Shown: positions 55,774 to 64,000 of the stretch, piece by piece
Numbering within the stretch: position 1 is the stretch's first letter
Layout: the number at the start of each line of letters is the position of its first letter
DNA from: Nitrososphaerales archaeon
Lineage (GTDB): Archaea; Thermoproteota; Nitrososphaeria; Nitrososphaerales; UBA213
Assembly: GCA_965197925.1 (NCBI GenBank)
Contig: CBDAOC010000019.1
Coordinates: 320,001 to 384,000 of the forward strand
DNA length: 64,000 nt
Direction of reading: 5' to 3'
Translations under genes and position numbers: made by a program
The notes under the pieces: model-generated
Told to the model about the DNA's origin: nothing
Databases searched by the model: none
The model's input: the letters and a program-made list of their open reading frames with translations, nothing else

Positions 55774-56582
55774 AAATCCCCATTTATTCCCTTGATGGAA
55801 ATACAGTTGATGATGTTGAACTACCAATAGTATTCTCTACTCCCTTCAGACCAGATCTGATTCGTAAAGCATTTGTAAATCTTCAATCGTTGTCATTCCA
55901 GCCACAAGGAAGAGACCCATTAGCTGGTGAAAGAACTAGTGCTATGTCAAGAAACACTGGTCTAGGAATTGCCAGGATGGCAAGAGTGAAAGGAAGTGGT
56001 TTTCCAAGGTCTGGAATGGCAGCAGGAGTAGGAGGAGTTATCAAGGGAAGGCAGGCGCATCCTCCTGTATCCAACAAAAATATTGTTAAGAGACTTAACA
56101 AGAAAGAGAAAAGATTTGCTTTGTGTAGTGCTGTTGCTGCAACTGCCTCGAATCAAATTGTCTCTTCTAGGGGACATAGAATTGGTAGAATCCAAAATCT
56201 TCCATTAGTAGTAAGTGATGATATCAGTCGTGTTAGCAAAGCAAAGGATCTACTTAATGTAATAAATTCATTGAATCTTGATGATGATTTGGAAAGGGTC
56301 AAAAAAGTATGGAAGAAAAGAACTGGAAAATCTAGGATGCGTGGAAGGGTAACCCGTGTTGGCAAGAGTGTCTTGATAGTAGTGAGAAAAGACGAAGGTA
56401 TCGGTAAAGCCACGGGCTCTTTTTTGGGCGTGGAATCTATTAACGCAAAAGACCTCAGTGTTTTGCATTTGGCACCAGGTTCTCATCCTGGAAGACTAGT
56501 TCTGTGGTCCAAAGGTGCCTTAGAACACCTCAAATTACTCAACACTCCGGTATTAACACTTCTGAGGTTGGTAGGTAGATGA
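55770..56582 (+). CDS. rpl4: 50S ribosomal protein L4
   Basis: RPDLIRKA; LAPGSHPGRL. Confidence 0.96.
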   Translation: MKIPIYSLDGNTVDDVELPIVFSTPFRPDLIRKAFVNLQSLSFQPQGRDPLAGERTSAMSRNTGLGIARMARVKGSGFPRSGMAAGVGGVIKGRQAHPPVSNKNIVKRLNKKEKRFALCSAVAATASNQIVSSRGHRIGRIQNLPLVVSDDISRVSKAKDLLNVINSLNLDDDLERVKKVWKKRTGKSRMRGRVTRVGKSVLIVVRKDEGIGKATGSFLGVESINAKDLSVLHLAPGSHPGRLVLWSKGALEHLKLLNTPVLTLLRLVGR

Positions 56583-56845
56583 ATACAGATCAAGCAAACC
56601 GATTGATAATGAATCCGTATATGACTGAAAAGACATTAGCTCTTATTGAGAAGGAGAACGTGATTGTATTCATTGTTCACGATGATGCTAATAAAACTAG
56701 CATAAAGGAGGCGATGAAATTACTTTACAATGTTGATGTTGATACTGTAAATACCGCGAGAACAATTTATGGTAAAAAAGCATTTGTTAAAATGTTAGAA
56801 GATAATGCGGCTAGAGATCTAGCCACCAAACTCGGACTGGTATAG
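56579..56845 (+). CDS. rpl23: 50S ribosomal protein L23
   Basis: PYMTEK; GKKAFV. Confidence 0.95.
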   Translation: MNTDQANRLIMNPYMTEKTLALIEKENVIVFIVHDDANKTSIKEAMKLLYNVDVDTVNTARTIYGKKAFVKMLEDNAARDLATKLGLV

Positions 56846-56893
56846 AATGAATACGTTAGATTTAATAAATGCTTCAAGGGGAAAGCTGTTTAC

Positions 56894-57283
56894 ATGGTTA
56901 AAGAATTTAGATATAGAGGAAACTCATTGGAGGAGTTACAGGCAATGTCATTAGACAAACTTCTAACTATTTTTCCAGCTAGGCAACGAAGGTCGCTTAG
57001 TCGGGGCATCACAGATGAGAAACGTAAATTGATTGAGGAGATTAAAAATATAAATGAATCCTCGAATCCAATAAAGACACATTTACGCGATCTTATAATT
57101 CTCCCTTTTATGGTACACCGTATTATTCATGTTCATAATGGAAAAGACTTTACGCCTGTTGAGATAAAACCAGAAATGGTTAGTCATTATTTGGGTGAGT
57201 ACGTAATGACTAACAAACGTGTGCAACACGGTACGCCTGGTGTAGGTTCTTCGCGTTCAAGCCTCTATGTTCCCTTGAAGTGA
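56894..57283 (+). CDS. rps19: 30S ribosomal protein S19
   Basis: KTHLRDLIILP; HYLGE; SRSSLYVPLK. Confidence 0.96.
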   Translation: MVKEFRYRGNSLEELQAMSLDKLLTIFPARQRRSLSRGITDEKRKLIEEIKNINESSNPIKTHLRDLIILPFMVHRIIHVHNGKDFTPVEIKPEMVSHYLGEYVMTNKRVQHGTPGVGSSRSSLYVPLK

Positions 57284-57288
57284 TTTCC

Positions 57289-57750
57289 TTGCCAAGACAC
57301 CTTTATTCTTTCCATAAGTTTGAAAAAAATAAGCATGTTAGAGCAAGCTTGCGAGAAGCTGATATTTCACACAAACACGCAAGGGAAGTTTCCCTTGCAA
57401 TTAAGGGTATGTATCTAAATAAGGCAAGAGAATTTCTTGAAAATGTTGTTAGTCTTAGACAGCCAGTGGCATACAGAAGATTCAAAATTCAAGTTGGTCA
57501 TAGGTCGAATCTGCAAGGCTTTCCTGCAGGAAGATTTCCAGTTAAAACTTCAAAAGAATTTTTGCATTTACTAGACAACTTGGAGGCTAACACAGAATAC
57601 AAAGGAATGGACCTTGATAGGTTGAAACTAATACATGTGTCCGCCTACCCAGGGGTCAAGATTAAGAGGTTCCAACCTAGGGCATTTGGCCGAAATAGTG
57701 CAAAATTCAATACCTTAGTACATGTAGAAGTGGTCGGGATGGAGAAGTAA
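57289..57750 (+). CDS. rpl22: 50S ribosomal protein L22
   Basis: ISHKHAREV; GRFPVK; PRAFGR. Confidence 0.95.
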   Translation: MPRHLYSFHKFEKNKHVRASLREADISHKHAREVSLAIKGMYLNKAREFLENVVSLRQPVAYRRFKIQVGHRSNLQGFPAGRFPVKTSKEFLHLLDNLEANTEYKGMDLDRLKLIHVSAYPGVKIKRFQPRAFGRNSAKFNTLVHVEVVGMEK

Positions 57751-57751
57751 T

Positions 57752-58381
57752 TTGTCTGCCATAAAGAACGTTATGAAGAATTATTACAGGAATATGGAAT
57801 TAGATGAGTTCCTTGCAAAGGAAGTCGTCGATGCTGGTTACGGAGGTGTAGACATACAGAAATCTCCTGTTGGCACAAGAATTACTTTGTACATTACAAG
57901 ACCAGGTTTGGTGATAGGCAGAAAAGGAATGGGCATCAGAGATCTTACTATGAAATTGGAAACTCAATTTGGCGTTAGTAACCCTCAGATTTCTGTACTC
58001 GAAGTTGAAATTCCTGAACTTAATCCCAGGATTATGGCCACCAGAGCGGCTTCCCAAGTAACACGAGGTATTGCATTTAGACGTGCGGCTTTCTGGACAC
58101 TGAACACGATTATGAACGGGGGAGCATTGGGAGCAGAAATTACTATCTCTGGCAAGTTAAGGAGTGAAAGATCGCATTTTGAAAAATATACAATGGGAAT
58201 AGTACCAAAGAGTGGTGACGTAGCCAAACGTGTAGTAAAGGAGGCAGTAGCTCATGTTTTGTTGAAGATGGGCATGTATGGTATAAAAGTAAAGGTAGCA
58301 TACAAGAATATGATACCGCCAGAATTTGAACCTGTTGCTACTGATATAGGTATTAAAGAAGAGGAGAATAAAGATGGGTAG
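57752..58381 (+). CDS. rps3: 30S ribosomal protein S3
   Basis: RPGLVIGRKG; GAEITISGKLRSER. Confidence 0.96.
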   Translation: MSAIKNVMKNYYRNMELDEFLAKEVVDAGYGGVDIQKSPVGTRITLYITRPGLVIGRKGMGIRDLTMKLETQFGVSNPQISVLEVEIPELNPRIMATRAASQVTRGIAFRRAAFWTLNTIMNGGALGAEITISGKLRSERSHFEKYTMGIVPKSGDVAKRVVKEAVAHVLLKMGMYGIKVKVAYKNMIPPEFEPVATDIGIKEEENKDG

Positions 58382-58583
58382 GCTGAAGCTAAAGACACTG
58401 AGGGAAATGAAAGATAACGATTTGGTTGATAAGCTTTCAGATTTGAGAGCGGAACTAGGAAAGTTGAGAGTGGAGGGCGCAAAGGGGACACTGAGAAAGG
58501 AGGGTGGAAAAGTAAGATATCGTAGAAGAGATATTGCGAGAATTTTGACCATAATTAGAGAAAGGGGTGCTAGAAAAAAATGA
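58374..58583 (+). CDS. rpl29: 50S ribosomal protein L29
   Basis: RRDIARILTI; operon position. Confidence 0.93.
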   Translation: MGRLKLKTLREMKDNDLVDKLSDLRAELGKLRVEGAKGTLRKEGGKVRYRRRDIARILTIIRERGARKK

Positions 58584-58852
58584 AAATTACTTCAGAAAAT
58601 ATAATGGCACATGAATTGATTGGAATTGACGCAGATATAGTAGAAAGTAAAAATCCGTCAATGATGAATCTAAATGGTAAACTTGTATATGAGACCAAGA
58701 ATACACTGGTCCTGAAAGTTGGTACAGAAAAAAGAATAATCCCAAAGAAAGTGACTTCATTAAGATTGAAACTCCCTGATAATGTTCAATGTTTAATCAA
58801 TGGCTCTGCACTTATCGGCAGACCCGAGGATAGGATACAGAAGTTGAAATAA
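58580..58852 (+). CDS. rnp1: RNase P protein subunit Rpp29/Pop4
   Basis: HELIG...ETKNTL...GRPEDR. Confidence 0.92.
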   Translation: MKITSENIMAHELIGIDADIVESKNPSMMNLNGKLVYETKNTLVLKVGTEKRIIPKKVTSLRLKLPDNVQCLINGSALIGRPEDRIQKLK

Positions 58853-58853
58853 T

Positions 58854-59195
58854 ATGACTAGAAATATAGGTGTTACAGTTAAACCTCCAAAGAGGGAATG
58901 TCAAGACGAATGTTGTCCTTTTCATGGAGCCCTCAGTATTAGGGGAAGGTTATTCACAGGCAATGTAGTAAGCAGCAAGGCAAAGAAGATGACAGTTGTT
59001 CAAAATGAATATCCACATTTGATTAAAAAGTATAAAAGATATGAAAGGAAACGGAGCAAGATTCATGCCTACCTGCCCCCATGTTTAGACATAAAGGAAG
59101 GTGACACTGTTAGTGTCGCAGAATGCAGGCCAATCAGTAAGACCGTAGCTTTTGTTGTCATTGGAGTGAAAGGTGGTAATGCCAGCGAAGACTAG
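58854..59195 (+). CDS. rps17: 30S ribosomal protein S17
   Basis: CPFHG.L.IRG; ECRPISKT. Confidence 0.96.
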   Translation: MTRNIGVTVKPPKRECQDECCPFHGALSIRGRLFTGNVVSSKAKKMTVVQNEYPHLIKKYKRYERKRSKIHAYLPPCLDIKEGDTVSVAECRPISKTVAFVVIGVKGGNASED

Positions 59196-59613
59196 AGCCG
59201 TATCCGCAAAAGGAGCAGAAGAGTTCAAGCCTTACATTACGAAAGCAATTCCTGTCGGTACATCGTTAGTGTGCGCAGACAATACTGGAGCAAAGATTTT
59301 ACAAGTAATACAAGTTACAAAATACAAAGGGCGGGTATCAAGAATGCCAGCAGCAGCAGTTGGTGACTTTGTGAATGTTGTGGTGAAAAAAGGTCCTTTT
59401 GAATTGAGGAAGCAGGTCCATGGTGCCGTTATCGTTAGACAGAAATATGCCATAATGAGACTAGGAGGTATGCGAGTGACATTTGAGGACAATGCTGGTG
59501 TATTGCTTACACCCGAGGGTGAGATAAAAGGTACTGACATAAAGGGCCCTGTTGCTGTAGAAGCAGCCGAGAGATGGCCAAGAATAGCAAATATAGCTGC
59601 TATGATTGTATAA
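59179..59613 (+). CDS. rpl14: 50S ribosomal protein L14
   Basis: CADNTGAK; FEDNA; KGPVA.EAAERW. Confidence 0.96.
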   Translation: MPAKTRAVSAKGAEEFKPYITKAIPVGTSLVCADNTGAKILQVIQVTKYKGRVSRMPAAAVGDFVNVVVKKGPFELRKQVHGAVIVRQKYAIMRLGGMRVTFEDNAGVLLTPEGEIKGTDIKGPVAVEAAERWPRIANIAAMIV

Positions 59614-59622
59614 GTGATAAAT

Positions 59623-59985
59623 ATGGCAAAACCCTCTAAATCTCGATTAAAACAAATATACGAGGCTCCTAAACACAGGAGGACCAAAAATTTGGCTGGT
59701 GGTTTGTCACCGGATATGCGTTCACAGTACGGTACTAGAAGTGCAAGGATTACAAAGGGCGATAGCGTAAAGGTGTTGCTTGGAGAGTACAAAGGTATGG
59801 AAGGTAAAGTCACAAAAGTGCATATTAGTGAGGGGAGGGTTGCTATAGAAGGAATTCAGAGAGAAAAGGTGAAAGGTGGAAATGTTCCTGTGTTAATACA
59901 CACCTCAAATCTTATGGTAGCAAGTCTTAATTTAAATGATAAATGGCGTAAGGCTGTGCTAGAAAGGAAGCGAAAGGGGGATTAG
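59623..59985 (+). CDS. rpl24: 50S ribosomal protein L24
   Basis: KGDSVKV..GEYKG.EGKV; IHTSN. Confidence 0.95.
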   Translation: MAKPSKSRLKQIYEAPKHRRTKNLAGGLSPDMRSQYGTRSARITKGDSVKVLLGEYKGMEGKVTKVHISEGRVAIEGIQREKVKGGNVPVLIHTSNLMVASLNLNDKWRKAVLERKRKGD

Positions 59986-59987
59986 AA

Positions 59988-60701
59988 ATGGGGAAAATGG
60001 GTAAAGACACAAGGATGAAAAGGCAGATGGCTCCTGCATTTTGGGAAGTCGGGAGAAAGCGCCATAGGTTTACCCTTGCGATTAGTCCTGGAACTCATGG
60101 TACTGCAAAATCCTATCCATTAGGCGTAGTACTTAGGGATGTACTTAAGATCGTGAATACAATGAGAGAAGCGAAGCATGTTGTAACTTCTGGTAGTATA
60201 AGGGTAGACGGTTTGATTAGGAAGAATGTAAATTTCCCTATTGGTCTCATGGATGTAATTGAAATACCAGATATGGATAAAACTTTTAGAATGGTCCCCA
60301 AGGATGGGTTGACTGTAAAACCTATAGAAATACCAAGGGAGGAAAACACGGTTAAATTATGCAAGGCGACTAGTAAACTTACTGCGAAAGGAAATAGAAC
60401 TCAATATGGATTTCATGATGGAAGAACCTTGATAAGCGAGGAGAAGATGAATGTTAATGACACGTGTTTGATTACCGTTCCAGGACAGAAAATTATTAAG
60501 AAGATAAAACTAGAAAAAGGCTCGACTGTGCTTGTAATAAGCGGTGATAATGCCGGTACAAAGGGAATAATTGATGAGATAAGAGAGGGTACTTTCATAC
60601 TTCCAAAACGAGTGTTAGTAATACTTGAAGATCGGAAAGTTGAGTTACCAATTCGTATGGTGATGGCGGTAGGCAAAGATGATCCCACGATAATTAATTA
60701 G
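59988..60701 (+). CDS. rps4e: 30S ribosomal protein S4e
   Basis: KRQMAPAFW; FPIGLMDVI; HDGRT. Confidence 0.96.
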   Translation: MGKMGKDTRMKRQMAPAFWEVGRKRHRFTLAISPGTHGTAKSYPLGVVLRDVLKIVNTMREAKHVVTSGSIRVDGLIRKNVNFPIGLMDVIEIPDMDKTFRMVPKDGLTVKPIEIPREENTVKLCKATSKLTAKGNRTQYGFHDGRTLISEEKMNVNDTCLITVPGQKIIKKIKLEKGSTVLVISGDNAGTKGIIDEIREGTFILPKRVLVILEDRKVELPIRMVMAVGKDDPTIIN

Positions 60702-60709
60702 TGATAGTC

Positions 60710-61237
60710 ATGAATCAAACACTTCAACAAGAAAATGTTATGAGAATTATAAAAGTGGGAAAAGTGGTAATCAACATTGGTGTAGGTAAATCGGGTGAGC
60801 CTATGGAGAGGGCAGCAAAAGTGTTGGAAGAGATAACTCATCAGAAAGCCAGTAATCGGATTGCGAAAAATTCTATTAGAGATTTTGGAATTCATAAGGG
60901 TGAACCTATTGGTGTTATGGTTACTCTCCGCAGGAAAATAGCAATGGAGGTGCTTAAGGTGTTAGTTGCAGCAAAGGAGAACAAGATAAAAGCATCGTCT
61001 TTTGACGATTTTGGTAACGTATCATTTGGAATAAGAGAACATATAGATATTCCTGGTGTAATCTATAAGCCTGAATTGGGGATATTCGGGATGGACGTTA
61101 CGATTGTTTTGGAAAGGCCAGGATATAGGATTGCGAGAAGACGAAAAATTCCAGCAAAAATAGGGAGAAGTCATAGAATAACTAAAGAAGAAGCGATTTC
61201 ATTTATCAAGAATAAGTTAACATTAGAGGTGGTTTGA
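60710..61237 (+). CDS. rpl5: 50S ribosomal protein L5
   Basis: KVVINIGVG.SG; GNVSFGIREHIDIPG. Confidence 0.96.
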   Translation: MNQTLQQENVMRIIKVGKVVINIGVGKSGEPMERAAKVLEEITHQKASNRIAKNSIRDFGIHKGEPIGVMVTLRRKIAMEVLKVLVAAKENKIKASSFDDFGNVSFGIREHIDIPGVIYKPELGIFGMDVTIVLERPGYRIARRRKIPAKIGRSHRITKEEAISFIKNKLTLEVV

Positions 61238-61417
61238 ATGGTAAAGATTAGAGATTATGCAGTGACGAATAGAAAACCAAGAAAATATGGCAAAGGTGCT
61301 AGATGGTGTAAAAGGTGTGGCGATTTTGATTCCCTGATTAGAAGCTATGAACTTAACTTGTGCAGACGGTGCTTCAGGGAAGTTGCGATCCAAATAGGAT
61401 TCAGAAAATACGAGTGA
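61238..61417 (+). CDS. rps14: 30S ribosomal protein S14 type Z (not in ORF track)
   Basis: [11 protein letters not shown]...[16 protein letters not shown], 59 aa. Confidence 0.95.
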   Translation: MVKIRDYAVTNRKPRKYGKGARWCKRCGDFDSLIRSYELNLCRRCFREVAIQIGFRKYE

Positions 61418-61422
61418 TTGCT

Positions 61423-61815
61423 ATGCCAGCACTAAATATTATCTCAAATCTCCTTGTAACTCTATACAATAATGAGATGAGAAAGAAAAAAGAGTGTGTT
61501 ATATCACCTGCATCTAACTTTGCTAGTGAGGTTCTGAAAGTTATTAAGAATCACGGTTATATCGAAAACTACGAATATGTGGATGATGGCAGAAGTGGGA
61601 AATATAAGGTTACTCTTCTTGCGAAGATTAACAAATGCGGTGTGATTACCCCCAGGCACAGCGTCAAAAAAGATCACTATACTAGCTGGGAAAGACAATA
61701 TCTTCCTTCTTACAATCGAGGTATACTGATAGTATCTACTTCTGATGGGGTAATGTCCCATCATAATGCACAGGAAAAGCAACTTGGAGGTGTTCTAGTT
61801 GGATACGTATACTAA
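61423..61815 (+). CDS. rps8: 30S ribosomal protein S8
   Basis: DDGRSG; INKCGVI.PR; LIVSTS.GVMSH. Confidence 0.96.
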   Translation: MPALNIISNLLVTLYNNEMRKKKECVISPASNFASEVLKVIKNHGYIENYEYVDDGRSGKYKVTLLAKINKCGVITPRHSVKKDHYTSWERQYLPSYNRGILIVSTSDGVMSHHNAQEKQLGGVLVGYVY

Positions 61816-61834
61816 AGGGGATATTAAAAGCAAT

Positions 61835-62377
61835 ATGGATGAGAGTATCGTAGCTGAAATAGAAATTCCTGAAAATGTCAATGTAAAGTATGAAAATAAA
61901 TTACTTGAGGTTCTGGGACCACAAGGGAAATTGAAGAAAAATATTGAGAAAATTCCCATTATTTTGACGATTGAAGGCAATAAGAAGATAAAAGTCAAGC
62001 CTTATGGAAAGAGAAAGAAAGATTTGGCAATAACTAATACAGTAAGATCCATAATCAGAAATATGATTACTGGCGTACAGAGCGGATATACATACAAACT
62101 TAAAGTTGTATTCGCACATTTTCCGATTTCCATAAAGGTAAGTCAGGGAAAAATTACTATTGAAAATTTTTCAGGTGAGAGATCCCCTAGATTGATAGAC
62201 ATAATTGGTGATTGTAAGGTCACTGTTGAAGAAGAAGACCTAGTTATCAAAGGGCCCAGTCTTGAGGATGTATCACAAACAGCTGCCAATGTTGAATTGG
62301 CTACAAGAATCAAGAATAAGGACAAGAGGGTATTTTTGGATGGATTGTTCATTTATTCTAGAGAAAAAGGAATGTAA
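61835..62377 (+). CDS. rpl6: 50S ribosomal protein L6
   Basis: AHFPI; QTAANVE; D.RVFLDG. Confidence 0.96.
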   Translation: MDESIVAEIEIPENVNVKYENKLLEVLGPQGKLKKNIEKIPIILTIEGNKKIKVKPYGKRKKDLAITNTVRSIIRNMITGVQSGYTYKLKVVFAHFPISIKVSQGKITIENFSGERSPRLIDIIGDCKVTVEEEDLVIKGPSLEDVSQTAANVELATRIKNKDKRVFLDGLFIYSREKGM

Positions 62378-62426
62378 GTTCTGATAAGAAAAGATTAAAT
62401 CATAATATTTTATGAACAGTAATGTT

Positions 62427-62514
62427 GCCGCCGTAGCTCAGCATGGTAGAGCATCTGGCTGTTAGCTAGTTGGTAGAAACCAGTGGGTCGTCGGTTCGAG
62501 TCCGACCGGCGGCG
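62427..62514 (+). tRNA. tRNA-Asn(GTT) with a 14-nt intron at 37/38 (62465-62478)
   Basis: GCCGCCG/CGGCGGC acceptor; CTGG-CTGTTA^A-CCAG; GTTCGAGTC T loop. Confidence 0.92.
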
Positions 62515-62525
62515 CATAGAGTTTC

Positions 62526-62550
62526 TTTCAAAATTCGAATTCTGAAATAT
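62526..62550. repeat. 25-bp near-palindromic element, identical copy at 63362-63386
   Basis: TTTCAAAATTCGAATTCTGAAATAT twice. Confidence 0.85.
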
Positions 62551-63007
62551 ATGTTGATAGGATCAATTAGTTAGAAATACTATTTTTTACCCTAAAAATA
62601 GCGGGTAGGTTCTTCAATATTATTATCTAGAAATTCGTGTATAGACATGTTACCATCAAATTATTCCAGAATAAGTATTTGTGCCTAAGCTTTCTGTATT
62701 TAGGGAATAGAAGTTTTTCATATATGTAAATAAGATTCTAGGCCAGTAAGCCAAAGCATTCATAATTAAATAGGCTATGATAGGAGTATGATATAGCCCG
62801 TGAAACCCCCCTATCGTGGAAGATACTTTTGGGCTTCAAGCAGTATACTCCCAATAACTGGGGTATGTATTTTGCCAAGTATGTTTAGTAGTCATTCTGT
62901 TTGTACACCTAGGTGTGTTAATTTTGTTTGTATGCTCATGGCATACATACCCCAGTATATTAAAAAAATGCAACTATTCGTAAGCCGTGGGTATGTATGT
63001 TGTAGCC

Positions 63008-63238
63008 CTAATTAGCATTCCTAATTAAAATTTTCATGACTTTACCCTTTACAATAGTTTTATCTTGCCAGTATTGCTTTGTACCCCTAGTCTTTCTATC
63101 ACTTTCATTTTTTACCATAAGCAAGATTCTGCAATTAGGGCACTCATAGGTATAGGTCTTTTCACTATTTCTTGCAAAGGGATTGCTCATATTACGCCTA
63201 TACCACACCTTTTTTCTACAAAAGAGACAGCTCACCAT
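63008..63238 (-). CDS. Small basic zinc-finger protein
   Basis: CLFC...YECPNC. Confidence 0.55.
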   Translation of the reverse strand: MVSCLFCRKKVWYRRNMSNPFARNSEKTYTYECPNCRILLMVKNESDRKTRGTKQYWQDKTIVKGKVMKILIRNAN

Positions 63239-63416
63239 ATTGCAACAATATCAAGAGGTGCTTTAACCTCCCTTGTTAGGATAACTTTTCATAATCATGT
63301 TAAATAATTGATTAGGAGATTGCCAAATGAAAAAATATTACTTAAAATTATTTTAGCTTTATTTCAAAATTCGAATTCTGAAATATTAATAAATAAAGAT
63401 CTAAAGTTATTACTTA

Positions 63417-63767
63417 ATGATTGAGGATGAAGAATTGAATACCCTGCGTATAAGTATTAAAACACAAATGAGTGAGGGTCAGTTAAAGGAATTACAGCAA
63501 TACTTTGCATCGATGCCAATGGAAGAAATAATTCGTGGACTTCGCTTCATTTACAATCGATGGACTGCTGAAAAAGGCGGCTTTCTTATGGTAGGAAGAA
63601 AAAGCAAGATAAAACGTGAAGTTCATTTGCTTACCCCAGAGCAGGCTAGATGGAGACTTGAAAACTGGAAGATGATGATTAGAAACTTTAGGGAGCGTGG
63701 TTATAGCTATCCTACTATATCTAGAATTAAAAAATCACTACAAGAAATTGTCCGATTATCTAAGTAA
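63417..63767 (+). CDS. Hypothetical protein
   Basis: 116-aa ORF, VGRKS...T.EQA.WRL.NWKMMI...R.RGYSYPTISRIKK. Confidence 0.75.
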   Translation: MIEDEELNTLRISIKTQMSEGQLKELQQYFASMPMEEIIRGLRFIYNRWTAEKGGFLMVGRKSKIKREVHLLTPEQARWRLENWKMMIRNFRERGYSYPTISRIKKSLQEIVRLSK

Positions 63768-64000
63768 ACAATTCTTTGTCAGCTGTGTTTTCTAAGATCC
63801 TTCTTTTTTGAGTAGCCATCGGTAGATCAGGAAGTTTGTCTTTAATCTGACACTCCATAATAGAGGCTGCTTCATTCAGTATATCTTGCGCATCTGTAGT
63901 AGATGCATATTGGGCAACATCTACGGTGTTATTTGGAACTTGTCCAGATTCAATCAATATGCCACTCACAAGCTGAGAAATCTCCTGCATATTGTTATCA
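63760..64000 (-). CDS. cdvB: CdvB/ESCRT-III (Snf7-like) paralogue, C-terminal part
   Basis: DA..IL.EA...ME..IK.KLPDLP C-terminal signature; ORF runs off the window. Confidence 0.75.
   Translation of the reverse strand, partial: DNNMQEISQLVSGILIESGQVPNNTVDVAQYASTTDAQDILNEAASIMECQIKDKLPDLPMATQKRRILENTADKELFT

Noticed and set aside
59232..59813. Long antisense ORFs over housekeeping and IS genes (also 1800-2357, 58157-58552 and others)
   Set aside because: Shadow frames of confidently assigned genes.
54775..62377. Ribosomal operon lacking uL2 and ending at uL6
   Set aside because: A split S10-spc cluster is, to my knowledge, usual in this lineage and is not evidence of gene loss.
62790..63010. 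IS200/IS605 end remnant
   Set aside because: Only vague hairpin-like similarity; no tnpA or tnpB sequence recognisable.

Overview
AT-rich archaeal chromosome segment, most consistent with Nitrososphaeria (Thaumarchaeota). Markers: PEFG-CTERM/VPEFP surface proteins, bacterial-type MetK, a CdvB/ESCRT-III paralogue, an S10-spc ribosomal block without uL2, and intron-containing tRNAs. Housekeeping content: LSm, metK, PAC2, SSB, korAB, argH, citrate synthase, purSQLF, proteasome alpha, a SPOUT methylase, 15 ribosomal proteins plus Rpp29, and tRNA-Leu, -Thr and -Asn, each with a 14-nt intron. The window is riddled with defective IS5-type elements (9 near-full copies from 5 families plus fragments), pseudogenes and long spacers, suggesting genome decay. 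Most interesting: (1) a YcaO-TfuA thioamidation pair with a divergent, unannotated 57-aa NHLP/Os1348-like 'leader-only' peptide, next to an F420-type LLM oxidoreductase and a Zn-ADH, with a GC-rich structured hairpin downstream and a 9-Cys micropeptide ending in GGG nearby; (2) a translationally coupled pair of a winged-helix/11-residue-repeat coiled-coil protein and an atypical AAA+ ATPase; (3) five tandem 24-bp TATA-containing repeats upstream of an unannotated 35-aa very basic peptide; (4) a recurring TTCGAA-centred palindrome. All family assignments are by eye from motifs; no database search was run.
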